Shown here: positions 38,426-50,468 of the stretch, piece by piece
Position numbering within the stretch: the first letter of the stretch is position 1
Layout: every line of letters starts with the position of its first letter
Origin: Spirochaetia bacterium
GTDB lineage: Bacteria > Spirochaetota > Spirochaetia > DSM-16054 > Sediminispirochaetaceae
Direction of reading: 5' to 3'
DNA: 64,000 bases
Assembly: GCA_034520965.1 (NCBI GenBank)
Contig: JAXHMY010000001.1
Coordinates: forward strand, 1-64,000
Position numbers and translations under genes: made by a program
The notes under the pieces: generated by a model
The model's database searches: none
Told to the model about the DNA's origin: nothing
What the model saw: only the letters and a program-made list of their open reading frames with translations

Positions 38426-39754
38426 TCACTCCTCCCCGATTAAATACGGTGTAACTACAACCCATAGGTTGGTCGTTTTATCTTTTGTCCTCAGATTTGT
38501 AAACGCTCGTCCGAGCACCGGTATATCCCCTAAAAAGGGAATCTTGTCTTTGTACTCAATCTTCCGCCTTTCAATCAGTCCTCCAATTACGATTGATCGT
38601 CCGCTCCGCGCCCGAATGGTTGTCTCGACCTCTCGCGTGCTTGTCGTTGGGTACCCCTCGCTGGTTGTTCCGGTAATCGAGGTAACCTCGGTGTGAATCT
38701 CCGTGGTAAGCTCATCCCCCTCTCCGCAGCGGGGAGTGATGGACAAGGAAATACCGGCAACGATATCCTGTTTCACCTTGTAGGTTTGGTCCCCGCTCGT
38801 CTCTCGAATGAACACCCAGGGAAAACGCTCTTCGGTCTTCACCTCCGCGGCACCCCATCCACGGTCGCCACCTTCAGCCTCGCTGGACCTGGGGCTGCCC
38901 CTCCTCACTGAGCATGCAGCGTCGACCTCGAATCTCGAGGGGCAACCTGTAAAATCGCTGGAACCAGACCCCAATCCCCTGATGGTGTCAGCCTCCTCTT
39001 TGAACACGGTTGAGACGGAGCTTCCCAGCGAAAGGCCTAAATGCTCGGCCGCGTTTACATTGATCTCCACAATACGCGCGGATATAAGCACCTGTCTTCC
39101 CGGGGTATCGACTCGATAAGCCTCGCCGCTTCTGAAAGATTCATGCTCGGCGGAGATAATAAGACGGTTCATACGCTCATCCACCTGGATCATGCGACTT
39201 CCGTAATCGATAAACCCGCATAATATCTCGGCCACCGCCTTCGCGTTGGCCCATTTGAGCTTTATGACCGCGAACCCCTCCTTGGGCAAAAGCTGTTCAT
39301 CTGTCTGCAAGACACTTTGCTCTGCTTCCTGCGAATCCCTAAATGTGATAACAAGCCGATCACCTTCAGGACTTATTGTGGCGGAAAAGAGATATTTCTC
39401 ATGTGCGTAAATCTCCACAACAATCGTTTTTGAATGAAAGGCGCGGACTGTTTCTCTGCGCACTAAAATATCTTTCACATACTCGCGTTCGGCGATCGAT
39501 GGCAGAAACATTCTAAGGTGGTTGAACTTGGCGCGCGGAAAACGAAGCTGCAGAATCGATTCGCTATAATGCCAGTCGGAGGTAAAATTAAAGAGATTCG
39601 TCCCGTCGATAATGACTTGGGGACCTGAAAAATGTATTTTCCTCAGATAGGTGTCGGGACCATTCTCTTGTATTTGAGCACCAAGAACGGCGGGAAAAAA
39701 TAAAAGCAACAGCACTACAGCCACTTGAACAAAGCCCGGCTTTCGCGCTGCCAT
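38426..39754 (-). CDS. Secretin (PilQ/GspD family)
   Basis: Signal peptide; N3-like IKLKWANAKAVAEIL..VDERMNRLII; RQVLISARIVEI; IVIGGL..KIPFLGDIPVLGRAF. Confidence 0.9.
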   Translation of the reverse strand: MAARKPGFVQVAVVLLLLFFPAVLGAQIQENGPDTYLRKIHFSGPQVIIDGTNLFNFTSDWHYSESILQLRFPRAKFNHLRMFLPSIAEREYVKDILVRRETVRAFHSKTIVVEIYAHEKYLFSATISPEGDRLVITFRDSQEAEQSVLQTDEQLLPKEGFAVIKLKWANAKAVAEILCGFIDYGSRMIQVDERMNRLIISAEHESFRSGEAYRVDTPGRQVLISARIVEINVNAAEHLGLSLGSSVSTVFKEEADTIRGLGSGSSDFTGCPSRFEVDAACSVRRGSPRSSEAEGGDRGWGAAEVKTEERFPWVFIRETSGDQTYKVKQDIVAGISLSITPRCGEGDELTTEIHTEVTSITGTTSEGYPTTSTREVETTIRARSGRSIVIGGLIERRKIEYKDKIPFLGDIPVLGRAFTNLRTKDKTTNLWVVVTPYLIGEE

Positions 39755-39855
39755 GGGAAAAGAGGTTAAGAGTGACCGATAGCGCCAAATAGAAGAAAAA
39801 CACCACTCTGTTGAATATGGTTTAAATACACATTTTATAAAAAGCAAACCATAGT

Positions 39856-39884
39856 AGGATACAAGCGGTTTTGTGTCCCGTCAA
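39856..39884 (-). promoter_or_regulatory. Sigma70-like promoter for the secretin-Rhs operon
   Basis: TTGACG-17 bp-TATCCT on the minus strand. Confidence 0.55.
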
Positions 39885-40107
39885 GCTTTTTTTTTTCGAG
39901 ACAGACAGGGAGCGAGACAGACAGGGAGCACTGAATATTTCAGCTATTCAGATAGCGAGGATTGAAAAAAATACCTATACTGCTCCCAAAATTCTGGATA
40001 ATCACAAAGGAGATTGTTACCGTATTATTTGAGAAAATATTGCAAAACTATCTTTTCTATTGGGACTACGGGCTCATTAGAAAGAACAATCTCTTTGTTC
40101 TGAATAA

Positions 40108-40268
40108 AAAGTTACAACAAAGTTACAACACTTTGTCGCAAGGTATATGATTTATATGAAGAAATGACCCTTTTGGTATCTCAAAATTCTGTGCGTCCCA
40201 AATATGTCTAATATAGATGAAGAGGCGGCCTTCTAAGCCGTAGGTCGAAGGTTCGAATCCTCCTGGAT
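40108..40268 (+). repeat. att-like unit C with tRNA-Arg 3' half (40225-40267)
   Basis: (AAAGTTACAAC)x2, TATATGA repeats, GCGGCCTTCTAAGCCGTAGGTCGAAGGTTCGAATCCTCCTGGA. Confidence 0.9.
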
Positions 40269-40273
40269 AAAAG

Positions 40274-40531
40274 TTACGCCGCATAATGAAGCACTTCTAC
40301 TTCAACCTTTCTCTTTACCGCCTCTTCAGCAAGTGCATAGATTCGAGGAATTGCTTCGCGCTTTATATCTTCCAACCGGTCCTCAAGAATGAGTGCGACA
40401 GCCTCTCGTAAACTCTCTTTTGCCTCTTCTATCGTTTCACCCTGCCCATTTGCTCCCGGCACCTCCGGACAAATTGCCCAATATCCACCTTCCTGTGCTT
40501 TTTCAATGATTGCCGTCAGCTCTCCCTTCAT
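40274..40531 (-). CDS. hicB: HicB-family antitoxin fused to a foreign C-terminal tail
   Basis: MKGELTAIIEKAQEGGYWAICPEVPGANGQGETIEEAKESLREAV; no hicA seen. Confidence 0.8.
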   Translation of the reverse strand: MKGELTAIIEKAQEGGYWAICPEVPGANGQGETIEEAKESLREAVALILEDRLEDIKREAIPRIYALAEEAVKRKVEVEVLHYAA

Positions 40532-40630
40532 GTCTGTTCCTCCACTCCCAGTATAACATCGGATTTGGCCGTTTGTCTCGATTGAACACCTGACTGCTTA
40601 ACAGCGTTAATATTTTCTGGTGGAATTCCC

Positions 40631-40670
40631 AGTCTCATCAAATTCACATCAATTTGTCGCAAAGTATATG
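40631..40670 (+). repeat. att-like unit D (truncated, arm part only)
   Basis: TCATCAAATTCACATCAATTTGTCGCAAAGTATATG; no tRNA fragment follows. Confidence 0.6.
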
Positions 40671-40773
40671 TTATAATTGTTGAATTGTCCTTCTATTCCA
40701 CTTTCCACTTCTCAACTGCGGAAAATGGGCTTCAAGAAGTTTTGCGTTGAATATGAAATCCTCGTAGGGGCTC

Positions 40774-41199
40774 CTATTTGGGGGGCTGATCGGTATTGGG
40801 CAGGAGCTCGTGCATTCTCTCTATCATCCATCGGATGTAGTGTTTTACTCCTGTCGATTTTTCTGCGGGCATTACCTCATCCACTACATCATAGAATAGT
40901 TCGAATCGATTGAGTATAAACACAGGATTCACATTATCATGGGGCAAGCGTTTTAAGGCCCAGCTTAGTTGATCTTCGAGAATGCTCAGTTCCCCCACGG
41001 CCATGGCGGCATCCAGCATTTTAAAGGTAAAATCAAATCCCTCGGCAATGATCTGCCGTGCATTCTTCCCGTGATGCCGGATTTCTTCTTCCCGGAGCAA
41101 AGACCGTTCAACAGCCAATGTAATGATTTCCGCTTTCATCTCACGAAACACTTTCAGATCTTCCGGATCTATTTCTACCTCATGGCTTGATTCGTCCAT
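40774..41199 (-). CDS. Small all-helical hypothetical protein at the end of the signalling operon
   Basis: Intact ORF with AGGAG RBS directly after the B12-binding gene. Confidence 0.7.
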   Translation of the reverse strand: MDESSHEVEIDPEDLKVFREMKAEIITLAVERSLLREEEIRHHGKNARQIIAEGFDFTFKMLDAAMAVGELSILEDQLSWALKRLPHDNVNPVFILNRFELFYDVVDEVMPAEKSTGVKHYIRWMIERMHELLPNTDQPPK

Positions 41200-41211
41200 T
41201 CGACTCTCCTT

Positions 41212-41886
41212 TTACGTGTTGGGAAAATAATCTCTGGCAAGTTGTATGCTCTCTTCGGCCGAAGAAGCATAACCGTCAGCCGCTGTTTTACGCCATATTT
41301 TTTCTGATGTGGAAAATGCCCGGCCTCCTACCACAATTTTTAATTTTTCGGGAGGAAAGCTTTCTCTGACTTCTGAGATAAGGTCCATCGCCATAGGTAA
41401 GTTGTACGCAATGGTAACGGAGACTCCGAGCAGAGACGCGTTGAGCTCATCGATGGTATGGATTATATCTGGTACCGGCGTATTGGCCCCGGTAAAAAAG
41501 GTGTCCCAGCCTTCAAACTCGAGGAAATCGGCAACCATGCGTGCGCCCACCTCGTGCAACTCTCCTGCCGCACAGGTAATAATCGCCTGTTTTCCACGGC
41601 TTTTCTTAAAGGGGAAGTGTGAGTATAGCTGAGATAGTACTACTTGGCTTGTTGCCGTGAAATAGTGTTCCTGAGCCACACTAACCTGTCCCGATTCCCA
41701 TAAATCTCCAATTTCATATTGACAGGGTTGAAACACCCGCAGATACATATCCTGGATACTCATTCCTTGTTCGAAAGCGTTCATTATCAATTTTGAGGCA
41801 TCATGCCGGTCGCCGGAGAGGACCGTCATGATATAGTCTTTCGCCAGATCACTTAACTTACCATTCAAAAAAGTGATTTGTTTCAT
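41212..41886 (-). CDS. Stand-alone cobalamin-binding domain protein
   Basis: W-x9-EH (WESGQVSVAQEH), ELHEVG, LGVSVT, VVGG motifs. Confidence 0.9.
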   Translation of the reverse strand: MKQITFLNGKLSDLAKDYIMTVLSGDRHDASKLIMNAFEQGMSIQDMYLRVFQPCQYEIGDLWESGQVSVAQEHYFTATSQVVLSQLYSHFPFKKSRGKQAIITCAAGELHEVGARMVADFLEFEGWDTFFTGANTPVPDIIHTIDELNASLLGVSVTIAYNLPMAMDLISEVRESFPPEKLKIVVGGRAFSTSEKIWRKTAADGYASSAEESIQLARDYFPNT

Positions 41887-43042
41887 TGTACCTCCTGTGC
41901 AAGCGGCAGCGAGATCGTACAGTGGTTCCCTGTTGCGGCTTGCTTATCAATTCAATCGAACCGCCGTGACTCTTTACAATTCCGTATGATGCGGATAGGC
42001 CGAGGCCCCGTCCTAGAAATTTAGTTGAAAAGAATGGTTCAAAGGCTCTGGATAAGGTATGCTCATCCATACCGACTCCGTTGTCGGACATGGATATCAA
42101 AATTGCTTCATTAGTTAACTCTGTATCTATTTTCACAAAGCCGCCACCGTCAAGTGCCTCGACGCAGTTTGTAAAAAGGAAGCGAAACAGGTCAAGAATC
42201 TGCTCCTTATCTCCTTGCATGTCGGCTGCTTCACGGGAAGGATTAAAATCTATTTTAATATCACTGTTTAATCTTTTTCGTTCCACCTCAATTAATTGAT
42301 GCAGCAGATCATTGACGTTCAAGTCGGTATAGCTGCTGTGCTGTCCCTGAATAAAATAGAGTAACTTATCCACAAGCCCGATAATTTTGCCACCTTCGCG
42401 GTTTATAGTTGAAAAATACGAGCTTAAGGCCTCGTTCTTCCCGCCTTTTTTTCAATAATGGCAAGGTAGCCTCAACGGCACCGTCATAATGTTGTCATCA
42501 TGATCGGCTATGCCGGATACGATTGTTTCGGCAGTTTCCTGTTTACCTGCATTGACCAGGTATGAATACATCTCCTTCCGTTCTGTTGTGTCCCGCTGAT
42601 AACACGCAATCCTCTCGAGATTATTTTCTGTATCGGTAAGGGGATAAAAGGTAAACTCATACCAATGTCCGTTCACGTGTTCTTCACAACTAGTTGAAAC
42701 ACACTCTTGCGTGGCTTTGTGAAACACCGCAGATATTGATTCCTGAAGAGTTGCCGGCAGTACCTCGATATAGTTCATGCCGATCAGTGCATCATACTCC
42801 CTGTCCACGAAGCCGGCGAAGCCCATATTCGAATCGAGTATGGTTTTATCACTTTGTATCAAGACAATGATATCTTCAGTTGCATTCAGTAGGGTTCGCA
42901 GGTTTTTCTCCGCGATGTAGCGGCGTTCGATCTCTTCTTTAAGATGATAATTCTTCTTATTTAAATCACGGGACATATTTGTGAGCTGATTGTTTAATTC
43001 GCTAATTTTATTGAGCATGTCCTTTGAATGGTAGTTGTCCAT
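41883..43042 (-). CDS. PAS histidine kinase, frameshifted
   Basis: PAS in ORF 42452-43042; HATPase DNGVGM, FEPFFSTK, GLGL in ORF 41858-42373. Confidence 0.85.
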
Positions 43043-43069
43043 TTCTATCTGTACTCTCCACCTTGTAAT

Positions 43070-45935
43070 TTATAACAGTGAACGAATATCTCTGCTCAAC
43101 TCATCCATATCGTAGGGTTTTTTCACCACTTTATCTGCTCCCGCCTTGTACAAGCGCTCGTCGATAGCCGTATCGGTATATCCGGTCATGGCGATGATCG
43201 GGATAGACGGGTAGCACTCCTTGATTTTCAAGATGAGTGCTTTGCCGTTCATATCCGGAAGTCCGATATCGGTAATAATCAGATCGACTTTCTCCGCTTC
43301 CTGCTCTAAGATTTTCAGCGACCCTTCGCCGTTTTCTGCCGAAAGAGTCTGATACCCATTCTCAGTCAACGCTGCATCGAGCATGGTGAGAATGGGCGCC
43401 TCATCGTCGATTATCAGAATGGTTTCCCCCTGGCCGGATTCGTAATCTTCCTGTGCCTCGTAGATCTTTGATGTCTCCTCAGCCGCCGGTAATCCCACGA
43501 TAAAAGTAGTTCCCTGTTCGAGGCTGCTGTCTATGTCTATCCATCCCTTGTGCAGTTGAAGTATCTTATATACTACAAACAGACCCAAACCGGTGCCCTT
43601 CGTCGAATCCTTGGTGGTAAAAAAGGGGTCGAAGGCGCGACTTTTCGTGTGCTCATCCATCCCGGTCCCCTCGTCGATTACCTCTATACACCAATACGAT
43701 TCGACGCCCCCCTCAGTAGTATTGTGCACACGGAGCTCCTGGCTTGTCGGCCGCCGCACTTCCAGGTAGATATCCCCTCCCTCCGGCATGGCGTCGGCCG
43801 CATTTATCGAGAGGGTAATCAAGACTTGCTGCAGCTGGCTCGGATCTGCATATACGCCCTGTTCATCCCCCACCTCTCCAATGTGCACATGCACATGCTG
43901 CGGCAGGGTGTGCTGAGCGAAATCCTTGAACTCTGACAGAAAGGAAAATAGTGCAACAGCTTTGGTCTCGGGTTGGGAGGAGCGGGTAAAGGACAACATA
44001 CGGCCAGTGACGGCATTTCCACGTTTGACACTTCCCCGTATTGCAGCTATCAGCTTCTGATTAGCTTCATCGTTGGTTCTCTTCTCTAAAACTTGAGAAG
44101 CTCCGCTTATCGCCATAAGAACGTTGTTAAAGTCATGGGCTATACCGCCGGCGAGTTGTCCCAGGGCCTCCAGCTTTTGCGCTTCGATCAACTGCTGCTC
44201 CATAAGTTCACGGTCCGTTACATCACGGATGACCTTGATAATACCCAACACATTGCCCTTAGTATCCCGTAGATAGGACAACAAGGTTTCTCCTTTAAAG
44301 GTCGCGCCGCTCTTCTTACGATATCTCAGGAGAATCTTCCGTTCCGACTCTTCCGTATACTCTTTGAGCTTATATCCCACTTTCTCGCGCTCTTCGCTAT
44401 CGTGGTAGATACAGCTGCTGCTCCTGCCCATTAGTTCATCGTAGGAGTATTCGAACAATCCGGCGAAGGCAGAATTGTAGTCGATAATCCTCCTCTCCAG
44501 GTCGGTAATGAGGATGGCATCCCACACACTGTTGAAGAGGCTCGCGTAGCGGATTTCCAATTCCTTGCGCGCAGTAATATCCCAGGCCACGGTGGTCACT
44601 CCAATTACCTCGTCATTGTCGTTCCGCATGGCTTTGGCCTTCACGTCGTAGATAATTTCTCCGGTCGAAGTGCTGAAGGCTATCTCGGAGGAGACTTCCC
44701 CCCCGGATTCAACAATTTTCCACTTCAAAAGCATGAGCTCCTGCGCCCCCTCGAGACTCGAAATCTCAGTATCTCGCTTGCCGAGCACAGTCTCTTTTTG
44801 AAAATCCGGATGAGTATTGTAGATCCAGGTATAGCGGAGATCCCTGTCGCAGGTGGCCACTATAACCGAAGCCCCGGAAAGGGCCATACGGAACCGTTCT
44901 TCGCTCTGCTCCCTGAGTTTCTCGGCATGGTAGAGCTGCAGGTAGTGGTTTTTAGCCCGCCTCTGCCACAACCCCGCAATAGTTGCGGTTATTGCAACAA
45001 GTAAGGCGCCGACAAGTCCGACAAAGCCGTACAGTATCGAGCGCAGCGGAGCGTACAGTTCCGCCGTATCCATCTTCACCACCAGAAACCAGGGGCTGTC
45101 GGGGACAGACCGGAGAACCGCCACTACCTCCTTCCCCCGATAATCTTTTCCCTCTACCACTCCCTCACGGCCCCCCGCCGCCAGAGCCGATGGCATACCA
45201 GTCTGTGCTAAGGGCAGCCGCAGCTCTAAAGGGGCTTCCTCCATAAAGCGGACCTTGCTCAAGAAGAGCACATCCTCCCCATCTGTGCGCAGTAGAAGGG
45301 TTTCCGCAGTCTCTCTCTCCACCGGCCAACTCTGTATTAGGGGATAGAGGAAGCGATACGGATCGAATCTGCAAGACGAGCACCGCCAGCTCCTCGGTAA
45401 ATTCTTTATCTGCATAGATCGGTGCAAGCACCGAGAGTAATATGGCACCGTCCCCTTCGGCGCGATGGAAATCGATGAACCGTGCAGCATTCTGCTTTAG
45501 AGCGTCTGCAATGTTGGTTTTCAGATGCGTCCAAGGGACCGTCTCCGAGTACCCCACAATCGGGTTCCCATGTCTATCGAATAACCCTATGCCGGAATAA
45601 CCGTAGGCCTCTCTCACCCTGAACAACCACGAACGGAGAGCATATAGCTGCTCACGGTCCTTCGGATCTTCGTAGTATCTCTGCAGTGCCGCAATGAATA
45701 ACTCATTACGAAAGAACACCTCTGCATCACCGGCTCTCTCTTTTCGCCACTGCACTAGTTCATCTACCTTCAAATTTGCAATGGATCTGAGATCATTTTC
45801 AACTGCCAGCCGATATTCATCGGCATAGTTTCGAAAGGAAAAGAAAATCGCAAAAGTAATACCCGCACAGACAACTAGTGCCAACAGGATTAGCGCATAC
45901 GGGACAGGAGGTCTCTTTTGGCCCTCGCTTTTCAT
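43070..45935 (-). CDS. Membrane hybrid histidine kinase (Cache-like, PAS, HisKA, HATPase, REC), one frameshift near 45370
   Basis: Two TM segments; GIAHDFNN; GTGLGL; ILIIDDE/DLIITDIGLP receiver. Confidence 0.9.
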
Positions 45936-48151
45936 GGTTTTCAGTTTTCCCTCAATCCGAGGAGCTTTCTCACTTCGTAGATAAGCTCATCGGGGTCGAC
46001 GGGTTTCTGAAAGCGCTTCCATTGATTCGTAAGCCCCTCCAGAGTATCGGTTTCGCTGTAACCGGAGAGAAAGATCATCTTGAGAGCGGGTGATTCCGCG
46101 ATGATCTTTTTTGCGAGTTCGATGCCGCTTCCCCCGGCATGATAACGTCGGTGATAAGGAGGTCTATTTCACTTTTTCTCTCTTGGTAGTATTCCCACGC
46201 CCGCCTGCCTTCCGCCGCTTCAAGTACGGTGTAGCCTCTCTCTCGAAGGGTCAGGGAAAGGGACTCTCGCACCATCTCTTCGTCCTCTACCAATAGAATC
46301 GTCTCATCCCCGGAGAGGCTCCACGGAGCCCCCTCGAGCTCCATGGCTTCGGGCTCCCTTCCCTCGGCCGCAGGAAAATAGAGGGAAAACTCCGTACCCT
46401 TTCCCTTCTCACTTGTACAGAAAATATACCCATTCAGTTGTTTCATCGTCCCGTAAATGGTAGCCAGCCCCAATCCGGTTCCTTCTCCAATCTTCTTTGT
46501 GGTGTAGAAAGGCTCGAACATATGGGCAATCGTCTCTTCATCTATGCCTTCGCCGGTATCCCGTACCCGCAGCAGCACATAGGTACCGGAGGCGATGATG
46601 CGGGTATCCCGGTTCTTCTTTTGAGAGGCTTCACTGAACTCCGCCGTCTCGACTATATACTCCAGATTACCTCCGTCCGGCATCACATCGCGGGCATTCG
46701 TGGCAAGGTTTATGATCATCTGGTGGAGCTGGTTAATATCCGCCAGGATGAAGGGAACGCTATGGTCGAGAACCATGGACACAGTGATGTGCTCGCCGAT
46801 AAGACGCTCGAGCATCTTTCCCGAGGCCTCGAGTACGGTGTTGATGTCCACGTTCACGATATCGAGATCCTGTTTTCTGCTGTAGGCGAGCAGCTGATGG
46901 GTCAGATCCGCCGCTCTCTTGACCGCCTTTTCGATTTCCATGAGGTGACCATACTCCGCCGCTTCAGGATCCGTCTTCTTTCGAACTATCTGGGAGAAGC
47001 CCTTTATGACCATAAGCATGTTGTTGAAGTCGTGGGCGATACCTCCGGCGAGTCTTCCAACCGCTTCCAGCTTCTGGGTAAGCCGCAGTTGCTCTTCCAG
47101 CTTCTTCCTTGCAGTTACATCGGCCATGGCAGCCACCACCCCCCGCAGCACCCCGTCACTGTTATACAACGGAGCAGCGGAGAGGCTTCCAAAGAAAAGT
47201 TCGCCGTTTTTCTTTTTCCGCTCCACCTCAATGTCAAACAGCTTTTCCCCCGACAGGACTCTGCTGAACAGGGTCCGGTGTTCTTGCTTCCTTTCCTCGG
47301 GGATAGTGGGTAAGGTGTTCCCCAGTACTTCCTCCGCCTTCCACCCGAAGACCCTCTCGCAGGATTCGTTCCACACAATGATCCTGTCCTCGACATCTAA
47401 TCCGTGAATGGCCACCGGCGAGGTGGAGATGAGGACGCGCTGAAACTCCTCGCTGCTCTTTAAGGCGTTTTCGGTCTCTTTTCTCTCGGTTATATCGCGA
47501 ATGAGGCCGACGAACCCGTTCACAGTTCCCCCTTCGTCCTTGAGGTAGTATATCCCCGTCTCTCCGGGAAAAATCTCCCCGCTCTTCTTGCGGTAGTTTA
47601 CCGTATAGGGATACGGCCGGTGCTCATTGTAGTTCTCCTTTATGTCCCTCTCTATCTCCGCGAACTGTTCTTGGTTTTCATTTACATAGGAGACATGCCG
47701 GCCCCGGATCTCCTCAAGGGTATAGCCGAATATCGTGGAAAAGGCGGTATTACAGTCGATGATGCGCCTTTCCGTATCGGCCACCAGGATTGCATCGCGT
47801 ATCGAATCGAAGAGGATTCTATAGCGCGCTTCACTCCGGGTGAGCGCCAGCTCCGCCTGCTTGCGTTCCGTAATATCCCGGGCCACCGCAAACACCGCTT
47901 CTCTCTCTTCGAAATGAGCCAATCTCGCATGCACCTCCGTCGGAATCACCTTCCCGGTTTGGCTTACATGCTCGGTCTCGAAGGTGTGTGTACCCAACCT
48001 GCTAAGCTCTTCAACCCGTTCCGCTATCTTTGCTGCATGTACGGGACTATCTATTTTGGCTAAAGGTTGCCCGATCAGCTCCTCCCTCGAGTATCCAAGC
48101 CGTTCATGGGCAGTCCGATTTACCTCGATAATTTCGCCGTCAAGAGAGGAG

Positions 48152-49577
48152 GAATGATAAAAAGGTCTTCATAAGCTTTGTGGATTGATATACTGTCGCA
48201 AACTTCAGTTGAGCAGCAGGCTAGCTGTTCGGCGTTTTTCTTGGTCTACGAGACCGTCAGAGGAGAGATGAAAGAGCCGTAACCAGCAAAAGAGCGTTCA
48301 ATGGTCTACGAGACCGAATAAGGAGAATGGAATCAATTCACCGAACCGGAGCTGTTTTGAACAAACAGCGAGAGAAGCGATGAAGATGAGTATTGGAGTG
48401 GATCTGCACAGAGCCAATTCACTGTCTGTTTTCTGGCGGAAAACCAGAAAGCAGTGGAAACGGGAGTGTCTGCGACAAAAGAAATCGGATATGAAGAGTT
48501 CCTCAGTAAATGTAGCGAGTACGTAGAGGCAGGGTATGAGGTGCATGCGGCGGTTGTGATCAACCGGTAACGCCCGTTATTTTCAAGCGCAACCGGGCTG
48601 CTAATACCCGGAGTTGAAGATGACGGTGGTAAACACCTTGAAGTTCAAGGTGGTGGACAGAGTCGGTCAAGAAGACGGACAAGCACGATGCGCGCAACAC
48701 TTGCGGAGTTTTTGGAGAAGGATATGCTTCCTGAATCGAGGCTGTGCAGTCAAACGAGTGAGGAGTATCCGAAGAGTATTGAAAACGAGGTCGATCAGCG
48801 GTCGAAAGCGTTCGGTTGAGAATAAAGAACCCAGTTCCGGCGGTCTGCTGCTCGGCTATCGGAATCGAGACGAAGAGAGGACAGCTGCAGAGTGAAGAAG
48901 AGAGGCAGCGCATCCTTTCCGGTCTCGTGGACCATGAGGTTTACGGAAGCGCTGCCGAAGCGGTCGAGACCGCTCTTCGATACTTTCGACCCAGGTTCAT
49001 GCCGCAGGGTCGGAGGAAGGCTGAGAGAAGGTGCTTGAGAGCATGGTTGCTGAGGACAAAGATGTAGAGTCGTTGCAGACGATTCCCGGAGTTGGGTTGA
49101 TAACTGCTGCTACACTGGGGGTTTTTATTGATGATATTGACCGTTATGAGAGCCCGAAGAAGTTCGCTGCTCATATGGGCCTGGCACCGTGGGTACAGAA
49201 CTCGAACGGGATGATCCCGTCGCGGGCATATTAACCGAACGGGGACCGAAGGAGAGTGAGAACGGCAATGGTGCAATGCGTATTGGGAATGGTCAGAAAT
49301 AAAAGAACGACCCGGCGGGTACGGACTTGTGACCCGCTATGATGCCTATGAAGAAACACAAAGGTAGCGGGAAGAGCATAATGGCTCCGGCGCGGAAATT
49401 GAGTACGGTTATCTGCATGATGCTAAAAAACAGAGAGTCCTTCAGAATCCACTAAGGATGGAGCACTCTCAAAAGTATTTGAAAATGCAGGCGGCAGCAT
49501 GTGATGCCGCAAAGGCCGGATAGCCCGGTTGACGTATGAGCTTTATTGGAAAGCTTGTGATTGACTTTTTATAGGAG
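48152..49577 (+). mobile_element. IS110-family insertion sequence
   Basis: AGGAG at both junctions (48147-48151, 49573-49577); subterminal IRs ATAAAAAG(G)TC / GACTTTTTAT; ~230-bp non-coding left end. Confidence 0.88.
48380..49523 (+). CDS. IS110 DEDD recombinase, frameshifted
   Basis: MSIGVDLH, KTDKHDA, LQTIPGVGLITAA, AAHMGLAPWVQNS, ARKL motifs. Confidence 0.88.
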
Positions 49578-50168
49578 ATGAAGATTGCATCGCCTATATG
49601 GTTAAAGAGAGTCTCGAACTTCTCCCTCTGTTCAACTACTAAACGCTCTCTTCGGCGCTCCCTACGCAAGTCGTTAAGCGTGAGGCAGAGCAACGAGACC
49701 CCCTGATATGCCAAGGGAGTAATCGACACGGCAACCGGCACTTCTAGATCCTGCCTGCAGAGTAGATACAACTCTGGTATGATCGCTTTTCCTTCGACAG
49801 ACATCGTCGAAGAAAGACTCGCAGGCCTCCTTCGACCTCTCAGCCACATAGTCAGTAAAATTCGAACCTAGCAATTCGCCCTTTCGGCGGCCGAGCAGTT
49901 CGGCATAGCTCGCGTTGCAGTAGCTGATGAATGCCGTTGCCGTCGGTAACAATCGCCCCCTCGGGCATCTCCTCGATGAATATGCTCGATATGTAGATCA
50001 TTTCGGGAAGTGTAGTGGGGGTGGCCTTTCAGGAGGAGGAGGAGGAAACTATCGCATCAATTTCTCCTTTGAACGACGCTTCCAGAGCGGCCTCGGCCTG
50101 TTCGGCCCGCAGGCGAAGGCGCTCGTTCTCGCTGAGGAGTTCCTCTCTGTTCTTTACGTTCTTCTTCA

Positions 50169-50468
50169 TCACTCTACCTCATCATCGAGCCCCAGCGCGG
50201 CCCTCACCTTAACCCCGTCGGACAAGTCGCCCACAACCCGCCTCTGCGGTTCGGGATGTACTTTTATGAGCGTGGGAACCGCTATAACCTGATCTTGCTT
50301 TATCCTCTCGGGGGCTTCCTGTATGTCGACCACCTCGAGGTCGTATTCCTGAATGTGTTCGCAGACCTTCCGCAAATTTTTAGCCGCTTTCCGAGAGTTC
50401 GGTGTGTTCCCCATTATGTAGAGCACGATTCTGAGCCTTTCGTCTTCGCTTCTCTTCTTTTTAGGCAT
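50169..50468 (-). CDS. kaiB: KaiB-family protein
   Basis: LYIMGNTPNSRKAAKNLRKVCE..YDLEVVDI..IAVPTLIKVHPEPQRRVVGDLSD. Confidence 0.92.
   Translation of the reverse strand: MPKKKRSEDERLRIVLYIMGNTPNSRKAAKNLRKVCEHIQEYDLEVVDIQEAPERIKQDQVIAVPTLIKVHPEPQRRVVGDLSDGVKVRAALGLDDEVE

Larger units (their letters stand above)
45941..50169 (-). pseudogene. Multi-PAS hybrid histidine kinase interrupted by IS110
   Basis: Removing 48152-49577 restores in-frame DAIFISSLDGEIIEVN; GIAHDFNN, HATPase and REC lie in 45941-47997. Confidence 0.88.

Noticed and set aside
39897..39928. 16-bp tandem repeat CGAGACAGACAGGGAG x2
   Set aside because: Only two copies and no supporting context; probably local slippage.
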